A stretch of 64,000 nt of DNA from Camelus ferus (GCF_009834535.1 NC_045714.1:18414001-18478000); one strand, 5' to 3'; shown: positions 1-13,234, counted from the stretch's first letter. The notes: generated by a model not told the origin, from the letters alone. Numbers and translations are program-made.

Positions 1-2623
1 ATTTTTGTATAAGTCAGAGCATAAGATTTCTATGACCCAAACCTGACCTGTCCATTTTGCTCTACCAAACAAAAAGGGAGAATGTATTAGATATAGCAGG
101 ACAAAGACTTTGTTCGGTGATTCATGCACCAGAATTTTCATGTTATACTTTTCTTACAAACATATTTTAACAAGGCAGTAAACTGTATTTAGCTAAAGAT
201 GAAAATGATTGCTCCATTTGGGGCCATTAAGGCAGTGTTTTTTACTTTCACCCTACTTTTCATTTTCATGGCAAGTACGGAGGTACTAGCAGATGAATTT
301 CAATCAGTTTCAGTTAATGCCGAAAACCATCATGATGTTAGTAGGGTTCTGCATGAAGCCCCATCTCAACCCTCCAGGTTTTGCTTGCAGTTGAAAGCCA
401 GTGACGTCAGCTGGGCTCCAGGGTACTGGAGTGGTCCTCATAGTTTAGGACAATTTGCATCTACAAACCCCTCCAACTCCAGAGCCCCCGTAACAATTTC
501 CTTCAGACTGGATGAATTCCATCACAGAAGAACTGTCTCCCCTTTGGGAGCAGAGGAAGGCATGACAGAATAGAGACCGTGGTGGGGAGTGGTGTCACTC
601 TCCCCGCAGGTCCCTGCGCGTTCTCAGGGGCAGAAATTCAGAGGACAGCCAACCGCCTCCTAGTGACCGCCCATGGTTTCTGCTAGCCAGCATCTGTCTG
701 TCCTTCTAGAACAATCCCTCCACTGTCCTCAGCAAACAAGCCCCTCCTCTCGAGTCCCTGTGCTTCGAAGTGAGGCTTGGAGTTTCCCAGGGTTTGGGGT
801 GTGATTCCCACCAGATGGACGGGAATGGACATTCCACCCAGTCACAGTCAGTGAGACACGGGATTTTTTTCTCAGAGTCTGGGAGAAGGGCTCTGCCCTC
901 AGCTCCCTCCCGCTGACCCCACCCTGAACTATCGAGAAAAAGGAACATTAGCCCTGAGGGAGCAAAAGCTGACTGTCATGAGAAATGCCCGCCTTCTTTC
1001 TGGAGTAATTAGGAAGGAGGGCTGACAGGCGGAGCGGTGGTGATGGATGTGAGGACAAAGCCCTGCTCCTCGTTTTCATCAACTGCCCACTTCTGGTTTC
1101 CAGCTTCAGACACCATCAGCCCATAAGGGACCTGGACGTAAGCTAGACGGCTGCGCCGGCAGGACCACCGAATGGATCAAAGGTGGCTCCTCCCAGCGCT
1201 GCACTGTGTACGCGGCTGCCCCGCCTCCACTGGCCACTGCCGTCTCCCTAATCCATCCTTACCAATGCCTTTCTCTCTACAGCCATGAGTGCCACAGGTG
1301 AGGAGGTCTACCTTCCTCCAGGGCTGTCTTATGCAAGCCTCACCCCCTGCTCCCCATCCTCTAAAAGGTCACGCGCTGAACCTGGTCTGAGGTCCTCCAC
1401 CACCTCTCCCACTACTGCCCTTCACAGAGTCTGCCTGGCCCAAGGTGACAGGTCATTGTCTTTGGATACAAATCAAACTCCCTCAACCTCCTCTTTAAGG
1501 CTGAACGCAAACCCTCCCTTCTTGGGGAAGCCTTCTCCAAATTCTGCGGCCTCCAAGGCTCCCACTCAGGCCACAGTGCCTCTCTGGAACCAGACTGGTA
1601 CCTGGTGTGCCCAGATCCCCGTGCACCATCCCCAGGACGGCGGGGGCTGAGGCCGACAGTCTGGCGAACCTTCCGTGAACAGCAACAACACATGTGGCAG
1701 CAGAAGCAGCCACGAGTACAACCACAGCCTACGCGTAGGAGATGCTGTCTGTCCTGAACTGCATGTGTAAAACCTTATCTAATCCTCACAGCAACCCACG
1801 AGAGGGAGATATCTGGACTGGGACTAATTAAATTCAAGTCTGAACATGAGTCTAATGATGAAAAAGCTACACAGAAAAAGAGCTTCCTCAAGGCAGGAAG
1901 TTAACGTTTTTCTTCCCAGTTTTCCTTACATGACAAGTCACTGAAAAGGGCCACTACCCTGAGCTGAATTAACTTGGCTGAGTCACTTTCTCAGATGCCT
2001 CCAGCATCTGAGTGTTTAGGCCACCTACCTGGGAGGTGCCCTGGAGGTGTCATTAAGCATTGGACCCAGGGAAAACAGCCTACATTTAAGACAAGAAACT
2101 AACTCCTACAGACTTCTTCCCCTGGCTGTTCAGTGCACAAAGGCAGGCACGCAGGGGTTTTGTGCAATGGCTAATGCAAGACATTCTTAACTCTTGCAAA
2201 AGCATTTCCCTTTAAGTGGACACCAGACCATCACTAGCTTTGATGACCAGTCAAAGCAACAAATAGCACTAATGCTCTTCCCCATCCGAAAACCAAGAGC
2301 CTCTTGCTTTGGGATTTCTAAATTCTCTGCCATGAACATTCAACCTTAAGAACTTGCATTGCCACTTTCAAAGGCCCTTTTCTTGGTCAAAATGGTCCTT
2401 AATCCTAACATTCAAAACAGCCAACATTCCGATTAAAACACTGCATTGTAACAGGATTGGACACAGTCTTAAGACATGATGTCTACGTTGTATTGAACTG
2501 TTCATTGGCGTTTGTGCTTTCAGCGAGTTTAAGTTACATTTTGAAGTCTGGACTTGATGAAATGGTAATGATTGGTCACAAACTGTATGGATAAAAGCAG
2601 GGTTCTGCAGACAGGGACTCATC

Positions 2624-2783
2624 CCCTATTTTTAGAAATAAAGTTTTATTGGAACACAGCCATGCCTGTTCATTGACATTCTGTCTGGGGCTACCTTCTT
2701 GCTACAACAGCAGAGCTCGGTAGTCAGGACAGAGACCACATGGCCTGCCAAGTCTATCTATGGAAAAAGTCTGCTGACCCCCA
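2624..2783 (-). mobile_element. MER58A-like hAT-Charlie MITE (partial)
   Basis: aaataaagttttattggaacacagccatgcc...gaaaaagtctgctgacccc matches the reverse complement of MER58A as recalled. Confidence 0.8.
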
Positions 2784-2974
2784 GATCAGAGAATTCCCTA
2801 AGTGTACTTAGGTCATAGGGCAGTGGTTAAAGAATGACTAAAATGTTGAAACATGTTTAAACACACACAGATGCAAAACTGAAAATAATACCAAGTTATA
2901 ATGCAAACATTAAAATCCTTTGACAAGTTTTCAATCTGCATTTCTGACATGTATCTACATATCCCACATCTGCC

Positions 2975-3212
2975 CAAAGGTTCCAGGCCCAGCTGGTTTT
3001 ATGGGTGAGTTCTGACCAACTTCTAGGTTACACAAAGTATTTCTGACCCCAGAAAAATATGGAAAGCTTCCCCAAAACCCTTTGTGAGGCTAGCATTCCC
3101 TTGATTGCAAAACCTTGAAGTCAAGCATAAAAGAGAAAACAGGCCAATCTCACTTGTGAATTTAGATGCAAATTGCCTACAAGTATTAAGCAATTGAATT
3201 CAGCAATGTATT
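2975..3212 (+). mobile_element. Ancient L1 ORF2 (reverse-transcriptase region) fragment
   Basis: Decayed equivalents of the L1 motifs PGPDGFTGEF...EASI.LI.KP...RPISL.N.DAK (ccaggcccagctggttttatgggtgagttc; aggccaatctcacttgtgaatttagatgcaaa), with stops and frameshifts. Confidence 0.75.
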
Positions 3213-3995
3213 GAATGTCCTTTGATATGTAGTTTTGATTTTTAATGAAGCAAATGTAGGAACTTGACAAAAAGTTAACTCATGCCTAAATCATCCACCA
3301 AAAAAATCAGAAGGAATGTATTTAATTTTAATAGATTAATTATAGTAAGTAATATAATTAAATTATATTTAAATAAACACATTAAATAAAGTAATACATT
3401 AATTTTATATATCGGTCCCCACACTCCAGACACTTTGTGATTTTTCCATCCCTGGACTGAACTGAAGGTCTGGGTCAGAAGCCCAGCCCAGAACAGGGGG
3501 TCACATAACCCAACCAAGTTGCTGATCCTGTCTGCACTTTCGATAAAAGAAAGGGGCTGCAGTGAGTCTCATCTCAAAAACTCAACTCCCAAGTTTCAAT
3601 TAACACAAACAGGCAGCCAGGCCCTGTTCTGGTTATTTTACTGGTCAAATAATTTCCGCTAATCCCAGCAATAGAGAGGAAGATGCTCGAGAAAGCACTT
3701 TTGAGTGGCAGAGGCACTTACTTGCTCAAATGTTTTACTCTCTCGCTTGGATTCAGAGAGAGGCATGGAACCCGAATACGTGCGTTTGTGGGAAGGACTG
3801 AGCTGGCACAGCGAGGAGAACAATGGATGCTGAAAGAAAAGAGCCCTTCCGACTCAGACCTTTCTTTTTCTTCCTAGGTCTTTTCAAAAGCTCCACAAAA
3901 GGAGGCATATTTTCCATATAATTGCTAAACATGTTTGCTTATTAAATTATTCTTTAATTAGTTAATGATTTTAGCCATGCTTTGCTCTTCAGATA

Positions 3996-4191
3996 NNNNN
4001 NNNNNNNNNNNNNNNNNNNNNNNNNNNNNNNNNNNNNNNNNNNNNNNNNNNNNNNNNNNNNNNNNNNNNNNNNNNNNNNNNNNNNNNNNNNNNNNNNNNN
4101 NNNNNNNNNNNNNNNNNNNNNNNNNNNNNNNNNNNNNNNNNNNNNNNNNNNNNNNNNNNNNNNNNNNNNNNNNNNNNNNNNNNNNNNNNNN
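3996..4191. other. Assembly gap (196 N)
   Basis: N run, ending 56 nt from the exon E donor. Confidence 1.
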
Positions 4192-4247
4192 TCATTATAA
4201 GCATAAAACACGATTCTGAAAAGATGCACAGTTACCAGCATCCTTAC

Positions 4248-4422
4248 CTTCTGCGGTGATGGAGTTATTCCTTATCCAAGTCAGGGCCCTTAAGCAATCT
4301 TCTTCGTCGTTGAGGGTGAAATGATTGCAGGGAACTGGACCGGTGTACCTCCGTCGACTGCTGTCCAGAACCTCTCTGTTCGTTGGGTGTTGGCTAATAT
4401 CAGCCCCTGTAGGGCATGGGAC
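4248..4422 (-). CDS. CFAP61: CFAP61 internal exon E (175 nt, phase 0/1): VPCPTGADISQHPTNREVLDSSRRRYTGPVPCNHFTLNDEEDCLRALTWIRNNSITAE(G)
   Basis: Acceptor acacctcag|GTC, donor GAAG|gtaagg; 58 codons + 1 nt; contained in ORF 4195..4446(-). Confidence 0.96.
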
Positions 4423-4624
4423 CTGAGGTGTGTTACAGAGCAACACTTAGTTCAGAGGTAACAGGTAAGCACTTACAGAGCAATAAATCAAGTGATAAAA
4501 ATTAACATAGCAATGCCCCGGTACTGGTGTGCTTTTTCCTGTCTCCAGATATAATCAGGTCTTCACTGAAAAAAACCAAATGGGTGGAATGACCACTCGG
4601 AGTCAATTCGCAGAAGACATTTGC

Positions 4625-5362
4625 CCTGGTCATCTAATGCTGCGTAACAAATGATTCCAAAGCTCAGTGGTGCAAACCACCGTTCAACAGGCTCAATGTC
4701 TGTACATTGCAGGACTGGGACAGTGTGATGCACACCAGAAATTGACACATTGTAACTGACTGCACTTCAATTTAAAAAACAAAACAAAACAAACAGGCTC
4801 AGAGATTCTGTAGGTCAGGAATTCAGACAGGGCAAGGTGGGGCAAGTTTGTCTCTGTTTCACGATGTGGGAGGCCTCAGTTGGGAAGACTTGAAGGCTGG
4901 GGGTGACTTGATGGCTGGGGGCTGGAACCTCCTGGAGATAAACTCTCAATCTTTTTTCCTTCCCCAAGAAAACATGCTGGGTATCTTTTTTAAATGTGAA
5001 GCCATCACTATAGGTCTAGCGGATGGCGCTGGCTGTGGGCTGGCACCCCCTGGGGTCGCTGGCCAGAATACCACATGTGGCCTCCCCACGGGACTTGAGC
5101 TTCCTCACAACACGGTGGCTGGGCTCCCAGGCATGTGTCCTTAGAGGGGGCAGAAGTCCAGAGAGCGCCACATTCTTCTCTAACTTAGCCTTGGAAGCCC
5201 AGCAGAGCCTCTCCTGCCATATTCTATTCACGGAGGTCACCCTAGAGGCCTGCCTGGAGTCAAGGAGATGGAACCCAGAATCCACCTGTTGTGCAGGAGT
5301 GGTGAGATCATGGAAGAGTACATGGAACTGGATTGGATGTGGCCAGTTTGGGTAAAAACCAT
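4625..5362 (-). mobile_element. MLT1 (MaLR) solo LTR, interrupted by a short L1 tail
   Basis: taatgctgcgtaacaaatgattccaaagctcagtgg...tctgtaggtcaggaattcagacaggg...gggaagacttgaaggctggggg: typical MLT1 motifs; subfamily not resolved. Confidence 0.75.
4696..4791 (+). mobile_element. Severely 5'-truncated L1 3' tail with 10-bp TSD (aacaggctca at 4686-4695 and 4792-4801)
   Basis: caccagaaattgacacattgtaactgactgcacttcaat plus an A/(CAAAA)n tail; the same tail ends the other L1s in the window; the TSD is exact. Confidence 0.85.
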
Positions 5363-6355
5363 GTGTACAGAAGCAATTATACCAGGGGGTGAAATTCAAG
5401 TGTATACAGGGCCCAGGAAGAAAAGAAAGTGGGCTACTATTTACTCGTGAAAATTACAGCATTATTCTCCACTTTGTCAAAGAATGTTCTCTCTTTCTCT
5501 CAACACAGAGCCTTCCCACTGCTCCCGCACTTTTGACGCAGACGGGAGCGCAGACAGAAACCGTCCTCCGCTAGGGAGGCGGCCGTGCAAGCACGATGAA
5601 GGATGAGGCCGACACCCGTCCTGGTTGCCAGGGAGACCGCGGCTACCCAGAGGGCCGGCCTGGCCAGAGCACTCCGCTGTGACTCCACTCCAACCAGTGG
5701 TCGCCAGGGTGGAGTGTGGGTTCGGGCGGGGCTCGATCTGATTTCTCAAGAAATGCCAGCTACTTGGACTTTTTCTACGGGGGCTCCTGATTTTTTAATT
5801 ATTTGGTTCAAATTAAAACCAAACAAGCAGATGCCACTGTGGAAGCCAAGTCAAATGGCACAGCGGCGTGAGTTTGCCCAGTGGCCCCCACGCCGCCCCT
5901 CCGGTTTGCTCGCGGTGGCCAGGTGGAGATTTGGGGAGATAATGAGGCTGGAACCCAGAGCAAGACTCGCAGGCAACTGGGTCTCTGCTGGAAGCCCGGC
6001 GCCAGCCGTCCTGCGTGCTCGTGGTGTGAGGCCGGGGCCCGGGGCAGGACTCGCTCTGCAGCTGTGGTGCAGCAGGGACTGACACCGGTGCAGGGGCAGG
6101 TCCTCCTCTCCTGACCCGCGCAGGCAATGCTTTCTTGCACTGGGGAGGCGTGAATGCTGCCTGGGCAGGAACACGTGCGGCTTCACTGAACCCCAGGTGA
6201 TGTCTGGAAAACTTGGTTACATCCTTTCTCAATAGAGATGGTAAAGTCTCGGTACATGGCTGTGCTGTATTGAATTCAGCTTCAGATGGGACTACAACCA
6301 AAATGCAGAATCGATTTTTAAAAGATGGACGTCCCTGCTCCATAAAGAAGCTGCA

Positions 6356-6476
6356 GGGGGAGGGTGTTGCTCAGTGGTACAGTGCATGCTTAGCATGCAT
6401 GAGGTTCTGGGTTCAATCCCTAGGACCTCCATTAAAATAAATAAACCTAATTACCTCCCCCCGAAATAATTTAAAT
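6356..6476 (+). mobile_element. tRNA-derived SINE (Vic-1-like, camelid)
   Basis: ggggagggtgttgctcagtggtacagtgcatgcttagcatgcatgaggttctgggttcaatccctagg: A-box and B-box, then family tail aaataaacctaattacctcccccc. Confidence 0.85.
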
Positions 6477-6898
6477 ATAATTTTATACTAAGGGACAACC
6501 CAAAAGTAGTGATCACTTACTACAACTAAAACTGTGGAGGTTAAAAAAATACTCTCATTAGCACTATAATTTGTTTAGCAACATCACACTAAAATTTTGG
6601 AATTATTATCCACTACTTACCATAAAGCAGTCCACTGAGGATTTTGATGAATGTTTTAAAGTGCACAATATTGACTACTGAGCTTTGGAGATTTGAAACT
6701 TGATCAGAACTACAGTAAGTGTTACAGTATAAAATAAAATAAAATTGAGGTAATATTACGCCAGTTTAGTAAATCATGCTTTAACAAATCAGGAAAAGTC
6801 CTTGCAGAAAAAGGCAAGACTGAAGAACTAATTGAGAGCTTTCAATTTAGAAAACTTTCAATGAATTATCATGCCAAACAGTGAGTGTTTAGATTAAA

Positions 6899-7120
6899 NN
6901 NNNNNNNNNNNNNNNNNNNNNNNNNNNNNNNNNNNNNNNNNNNNNNNNNNNNNNNNNNNNNNNNNNNNNNNNNNNNNNNNNNNNNNNNNNNNNNNNNNNN
7001 NNNNNNNNNNNNNNNNNNNNNNNNNNNNNNNNNNNNNNNNNNNNNNNNNNNNNNNNNNNNNNNNNNNNNNNNNNNNNNNNNNNNNNNNNNNNNNNNNNNN
7101 NNNNNNNNNNNNNNNNNNNN
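6899..7120. other. Assembly gap (222 N)
   Basis: N run directly before an L1 3' end. Confidence 1.
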
Positions 7121-7445
7121 AGGACACTAATGAACTCATCTACAAAACAGAGACAGAGTTGTAGACAGTAAGCAATCTTATGGTTACTGGGGGAAAGGGG
7201 CTGGGAAGGGATAAATTTGGGAGTTCGAGATTTGCAAATGTTAACCACTATATATAAAAGTAGATGAAAAACAAATTTCTTCTGTACAGCACAGGGAACT
7301 ATATTCAATACCTTGTTAAAACTTTTCATGAAAAAGAATATGAAAACGAATATATGTATGTATATGCATGGCTGGGACATGATGCTGGATGCCAGAAACT
7401 GACACATTACAACTGACTGTACGTCAATTAAAAAGAAACAAGGAA
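7121..7445 (+). mobile_element. L1 3' UTR (young, lineage-type)
   Basis: gacactaatgaactcatctacaaaacagagacag...gggataaatttgggagtt...gcacagggaactatattcaa...gacacattacaactgactgtacgtcaattaaaaa. Confidence 0.9.
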
Positions 7446-8779
7446 GAGAAGGAAAATAAGGAAACGGAATTAGGTCAGAAACAAAAATGAGCTTTCTACA
7501 GTCCTGACACTGCATTCTCATAACCCATCTAATTCTCCTGTGATCTTAAGTGTGTGGAGTTGGTTTTGTACATTTCTAAACTATAAAGAATTAGAGAAAA
7601 TAAAGGAAAATTAATGGGCTAATATAGTTTTCATAATCACACAATGGCATTTTCACAAAATAGGCAAAATTGGAGCTAGGATTTTAAATCCCACAGCTAA
7701 TTAATTTGTCCACAAAGAGTTTAGCAGAATTCAATAAATCAAAAAGGATCTACGGGGAAAAAATATTATGTCACCAACGAAGGGAGGGTATGAAGTTTAA
7801 CAGGAGGGCATGGCTTTAACGGAGAAGCGCCATCGGCGCTGGCTGTTCAAACTAGAGAGTCCTCTGCTACCAATCAACCTGGCACCAATTTGGGACTGGA
7901 GAGAAGCAGACGGCTTTTCAACCATTCCATCGGATGATTCAGGACTGCCTGAGCAGTGCTAGCACTGCTTTGGGGAGCCCCTTGGCTGCTCTGTTTTCCT
8001 GGGCAAGTTAACATGACAGCAGGGGCTGCTGGTGGCACATTCTGTCTCCTTTTCTTTCTTAGCAACAGACTCCTGGGACTTATGCCCGCTTGGAACATTT
8101 CCCAACTCACGACCTAAGAGATGGTCAAGAGAGTCCTTGGGCAGTGGGGAGCTGGTGGAAGTGGAGGATGTGAAAATTCATTTTATTCTAGTTTTTCCTC
8201 CTTCTTGCTTCTTGCAAATGAAATGGCTGGAGCCACAGCAGCTACCACAAGATGCTGAGGATGGAAACCACATGTCAGATATGGACAAGGTACCTCAGCC
8301 TTAGTGCACCTCGGTTCCCTCCTCTGTGGAATGGGGATGGAAGTGGCGCAGAGCTCAGGGTGTCACTGCAAGGGTGACGTCAGTGAACACACACGTGGCA
8401 CGAGGCTAGCACTCGATCGGGGTCAGTTGCTTCTGCCCCTCCTTGGCACCACAGCACCACCTGCTCACTGTCCCCGGGGCCCTGATCTTCCCTCCTAGGG
8501 GAGGCCCTGACCCTTAGGAAGTTGTTTCTCAGGATGAGTGAGCGCTGTGGTCCCATCACTTCTGGTGTCTGTAGCATATCTGCATCCCAGGCCCCACTGC
8601 CCAAGTCCATTCACTTCTACACGAAAACCCTTCACATATTTGAGGACGGCCACCCGGAGCCTTTGCCCCCCGGCTAAACATCTGGGGTGACCTTGAGTCC
8701 CTGGAGGGGTTTCTGCTCATACTTACGTGTGATGCCCAGAAACGCACACCACACTCCAGGTGGACCGTTGCTCTGGGAC

Positions 8780-11000
8780 ACAGCCCCTGGCACAGCCGCG
8801 TGCAGCACAGAACAGGCCCGCGACCTCCGCGCCGTCGTCACGATTTCACCCTCTGTTGGCACCTGCGCTCTTATACCCCTCGGACGTTCTGCTTCGCTGG
8901 GTGTGAGTGTTGCTGCCTCTCCTGCCAGCTGCTTGACGCGCTTGGCGCCTTCTGCTGGTGCACGTGTAAGTATCTCTTCACTCTTCGGCTTTGGGCGTGG
9001 TGGTTTTTGTACACCTCTTTTACTTTTATTTTGCTGTTGTTAGATATACTGTGGTTGTATTTTCTTTTTTTTTTTTTTTTTAGTGTTTTCAAACTTTTTA
9101 AAAAAATTTTTTAAAAATTGAAATATACTCAGTTTACAATGTTGCATCAATTTCTGGTGTTACAACACAGTGATTCATTTAAACACACGCATACATATTC
9201 CTTTTCATATTCTTTTCCATTATAGCTTATTACAAGGTGTTGAATATAGTTCCCCATGCTATACAGTAGGACCTTGTTGTTTATCTATTTTATACACAGT
9301 ACTTAGTATCTGCAAACCCTGAACTCCCAATTTATCCCTTCCCACTTCCTTAAACCCCTGGTAACCACAAGTTTGTTTTCTTCATCTGTGAGTCTGTTTC
9401 TGTTTTGTAAATATGTTTATTTGTCTTATTTTTTTAGATTCCACATATAAGTGATCATATGGTATTTTTCTTTCTCTTTCTGGCTTACTTCACTTAGTAT
9501 GACAATCTCCAGGCCCACCCATGTTGCTGCAAATGGCATCATTTCACTCTTTTTTATGGCTGAGTAGTATTCCATTGTATGTATGTACCATATCTTCTTT
9601 ATCCAGTCATCTGCCAGTGGACATTTAGGTTCCTTCCATGTCTTGGCTACTGTAAATGGTGTTGCTATGAATGAACACTGTATTCCTCTTGCATTCTGAA
9701 GTCCGTGTAAGAAGAGACTTTTGGTCTTTTAAAACCACGACTCCCACTGCTATGACTGTTGGTTTATGCCATGATACGTTCACACTTAAGCACTGCAGCT
9801 GTTTACTTCCTTTCCTTCCCTTTGATTACATTAAAGATGTTTTCTTCCATTTCATCTTTGGTTTTTGGATGGCGAGTTTATTTATGCTGCTCAAAAGCAT
9901 GCTTTAGCCATACTCCCTCTAAATATAAGCATCAAGACTGAAACACTGCCTTGGGTTTCCTCGTTTAAGACACTTCACATGCCTCCCCAACTACCTCTCT
10001 TTCTATTTTCAACAATTTGGTTTTGTTAGATTACTTTAGATTAAGATTCATTAGTTCCTATCTTGCATTTATTCTCAGATTTATTAAAATGATTTAGATT
10101 ACCTTTTAAATTGTTGGTGGTGCTTGCCACGTGTCCTTTTATACTATTGGGAATTTTTCTTTTCTGTCTCCTTTATTCAGAGCGGGAATTAAAGAACACG
10201 GAAGACCCTTTTTCTCAGGCTTTGCTCACAAAGAACAGCTTCCTGCCATCCGCCAACAGGAGAGAACTCGGTGGGCATGTCCTTATTGAATCACCCATTT
10301 TCTTCAAAATTCTGTGTGGCCAGTTTCATTTTCTTAAGCCATTTAATGCTGGAGAGGTCATTTTTTGACCCTTGCCTTATTTCTGTTCTTCTGTTGGTAA
10401 TCTGCTATTTTCCTCTTGAAGTTTGCTGATTTTTTCCCCCTATCATTCTTATAGAATCAAAATTTCATCAGAATGTGACTTGCTGAGAAATTTCCCCTTT
10501 GATTTTGCCCAGAATGTAGACCACGTGCTCAGGTAAGGGAAGTTTTCTTCTAGCATATCTTTATCACCTCTGTTCTGTTTGTTTGGGCCTCTTTGGCAAA
10601 ACCAGTGTCTACCTGTCCCCTTCGCCTCTATTTTATCTCCCTGCCTCTCTCACCAAATGTGTCCCTTTGCCCTTTGGCCCCTGCCCTCCAGGGAAACTTT
10701 GTGCTTTGTCTTCAGCCAACACCACCAACTCGTACAGACACAGTTCTGTCTCTTGATGGGGACTTAATATCAATCCTTTTTCACACCCTCACCTCCCTTT
10801 TCCTCTTGCCCTGTGGCCTCCTCAGCTCATCTCTGCTCTTCGAACGCCTTCAGCCCCCAAGTCGGAGGGTGTACTGAGGTTGGTACAGTTTGCTGTGGAG
10901 ACAAAGGGAGGATCCTGCATTCTGGAATATTTTCAGAAGTACGTTCTTTCTCTGATTTTTCTAGATAGTGTTCCCTTTTTCTTATTCTGTGTTATCTTTT
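8780..11000 (-). mobile_element. Old, decayed L1M-like sequence (T-rich on + strand) hosting a younger L1
   Basis: Long T-rich stretch with the texture of antisense ancient L1 ORF1/ORF2; boundaries and family uncertain. Confidence 0.4.
9106..9672 (-). mobile_element. L1 3' end (ORF2 tail + 3' UTR), antisense to + strand
   Basis: ttgaaatatactcagtttacaatgttg...ttttagattccacatataagtgat...ggctgagtagtattccattgtat...ggacatttaggttccttccatgtcttggct. Confidence 0.9.
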
Positions 11001-11002
11001 TG

Positions 11003-11503
11003 TTCCAGTTGTCTCTTGCTGTGCAACAAACTCACACCAAAACTTAGTGGCTTAAACCACCACCATTTCATCACTTTCATGATTTTGAGGGTCACAAGTT
11101 TGCGAGGGGTTTGGCTGGACGATCCTTTTATTCCACGTGTTACGGGTAAAGGTCACTTGTGACATTTAGTGGGTGGATGATCTGGTCTGGAGGGTCCACA
11201 ATGGCTTCACTCAGGTGTCTGGAGCCTTGGCAGGGAAGGCTGGAAGGCTGGGCTTGGATGGAACCGTCAGCTGGAGAACGCACATATGGCATCTCCAGCG
11301 CGGCGGCCGTCAGGGCTTCCTGTGTGGCAGCTCCAGATTCCAGGGGCCACTCTTCCCACAAACAAGGAGAAGCTGCACAGCCATGTCACTTCCTTCATAC
11401 TCCACCGGTCAGGGGGTCAGCCTGCCCAGATTCAAGGGGAGGGGACATCGACTCTGGTGGGAGGAGCCTCATGGAACTTGCAGTCTTGTTTTAAAGTGGC
11501 CAC
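11003..11503 (-). mobile_element. MLT1 (MaLR) solo LTR
   Basis: ccagttgtctcttgctgtgcaacaaactcacaccaaaacttagtggcttaaac...ggagggtccacaatggcttcactcaggtgtctgg...cagattcaaggggaggggacatcgactct. Confidence 0.8.
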
Positions 11504-13234
11504 CATTCTTTGACCTTCTGCTGTCCCTGTCCCCTTTAATCGTCCTTGACACCGAGAGGCCTCTTCTTGCTAAGTGCTGCTGAAGGACGACGGGGCGGCC
11601 CCTTGGCAGGCTCGCTCTCTTCCCCACCCTCTGTGGCAGGCCCCCGCCTAGGGCGGCGCTGTCCTGGATTCCGCGCTCTTACATTCCCCGCCTAGGATGT
11701 CATTCACCTCCTCGGAGACCACTTCTCGTGGCTGCCCCACGTCAAGCTGACGGTAACTAGCATGCTGCTCCTCCCTCCCCTGGCTGTATGTTCTTGCCTC
11801 GTCTGCTGGCCTCCGGGGAGTGTCACCCTTTGAGAGTCCCAGCCAGTTTTCTCATACCAATGCCAGACTCATTTGACTTCGAGCTGACACACTTCTACTC
11901 ATCTTCTTTTGGGGATGACCCAAGCCCAGGTGTGGGGTGGGCATCTCCCCATCTCTGCATGATGCTCCGTAAGCCATGGAAGGGGCTTGGGAACCCCATG
12001 TGTAAGCTCTTCATCTCTAGTGAAAAAATAACCAAATCTATAGGCAGGCTGGGGAAGGGAGTTAGAGGGCACTGGACATGACCCAGATAGATCTTCATCT
12101 TCTAAAACGGAAAGGTCATAGGTAACGTCAGAAGTTGACAGATCAAGGGGGAAGCTTCTATAAACACATTGTTTGGAGTTTGGGGAGGTGGGGGAGAGTA
12201 ACCAGCGAAGAACTAACAACAGAAATGCCTCAAAACGGTTGACCTATAAGAGAGGGCTTGGGAGTGGAGACCAGCCCTCCTCACATGAGCTCCTGTAGCA
12301 GGACTGGAGGTTGTACCATGTGCATGGGTTTTCTGATTTTAAAAAAATGGATATGTATTTGGACATCAAAAATATTGCACGATATCTGAGAATGATACAT
12401 GCCATTTACCGCCAGATCAGAGCCTAAGGCGTGTGATTATATTGTGTAACAGGTAGTCTTCTGGCTTATTTGCATCATTTTAGTTTGTTAGCTTTTTGTT
12501 TTGTTTTGTTTTTTGTTTCCTCCCCCCCCCCAAAATTGGACAAAAATGTGAGAGTGGAGTAGAAGGAAGCAGGGCAAGAAATAAGCTCTCAGTGAATTCA
12601 GCTGCCTTTTTCATATCAGTCTATGTACCGTTAATTTTTACATCCTTCTGGAAAAATTAAATTGCAACTCCCTTTATCACTTCTTCATTCCGTGTTTCCC
12701 ACTGTAAAAAGGGCAAGAGCTTAATGTGCCGCAGACTAAAGCCGCAGGGGCAGCTGGGCTCACATGCGCAGACGCCCGGGTCTCTGCACAATTGGCGGGG
12801 CGTCCACTCACACTTTCCAAAGTCCACAGTCACAGGCAGCAGCTGGAGCTCCGAGGGGCAGGTGAGGGGACAAGCCGAAGGGGTGCTTGGTGTTTTCCGC
12901 TGGTTTAATGTGTTAGAAACAGGAATACTTAAGTGTCCAAGTGAGATCTCCTGCCAGTTTATTTTTATCCTTTATCCAAAAAAAAAAAAAAAGCCTTTCC
13001 CACACTTTGAGAATTGGATTAGGAAGGAAAGAGCAAAGAGGAGATACCGCTCAGGGGCTGATCCCAGCTAGATTCGCCCGTGGTCCGTTCACCTGGAAAT
13101 TCGTTCGAACGGCGGCGCCCCAGCCACGCCCCCTACCCTATCCCTGCTCACAATCTGCGTCACAATCTGCGAGGCACAGGGGACGGGGGTGCACTTAAGG
13201 TTCAGGCGAGACTCTAGGTCGCAAAAGTCCGAGT

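Noticed and set aside
199-573. 124-aa ORF with a signal-peptide-like N-terminus (FFTFTLLFIFMASTEVLA-DE)
   Set aside because: Antisense to CFAP61 within an intron, no recognisable domain, low-information C-terminus, and no promoter or splice support; chance hydrophobic run from T-rich DNA.
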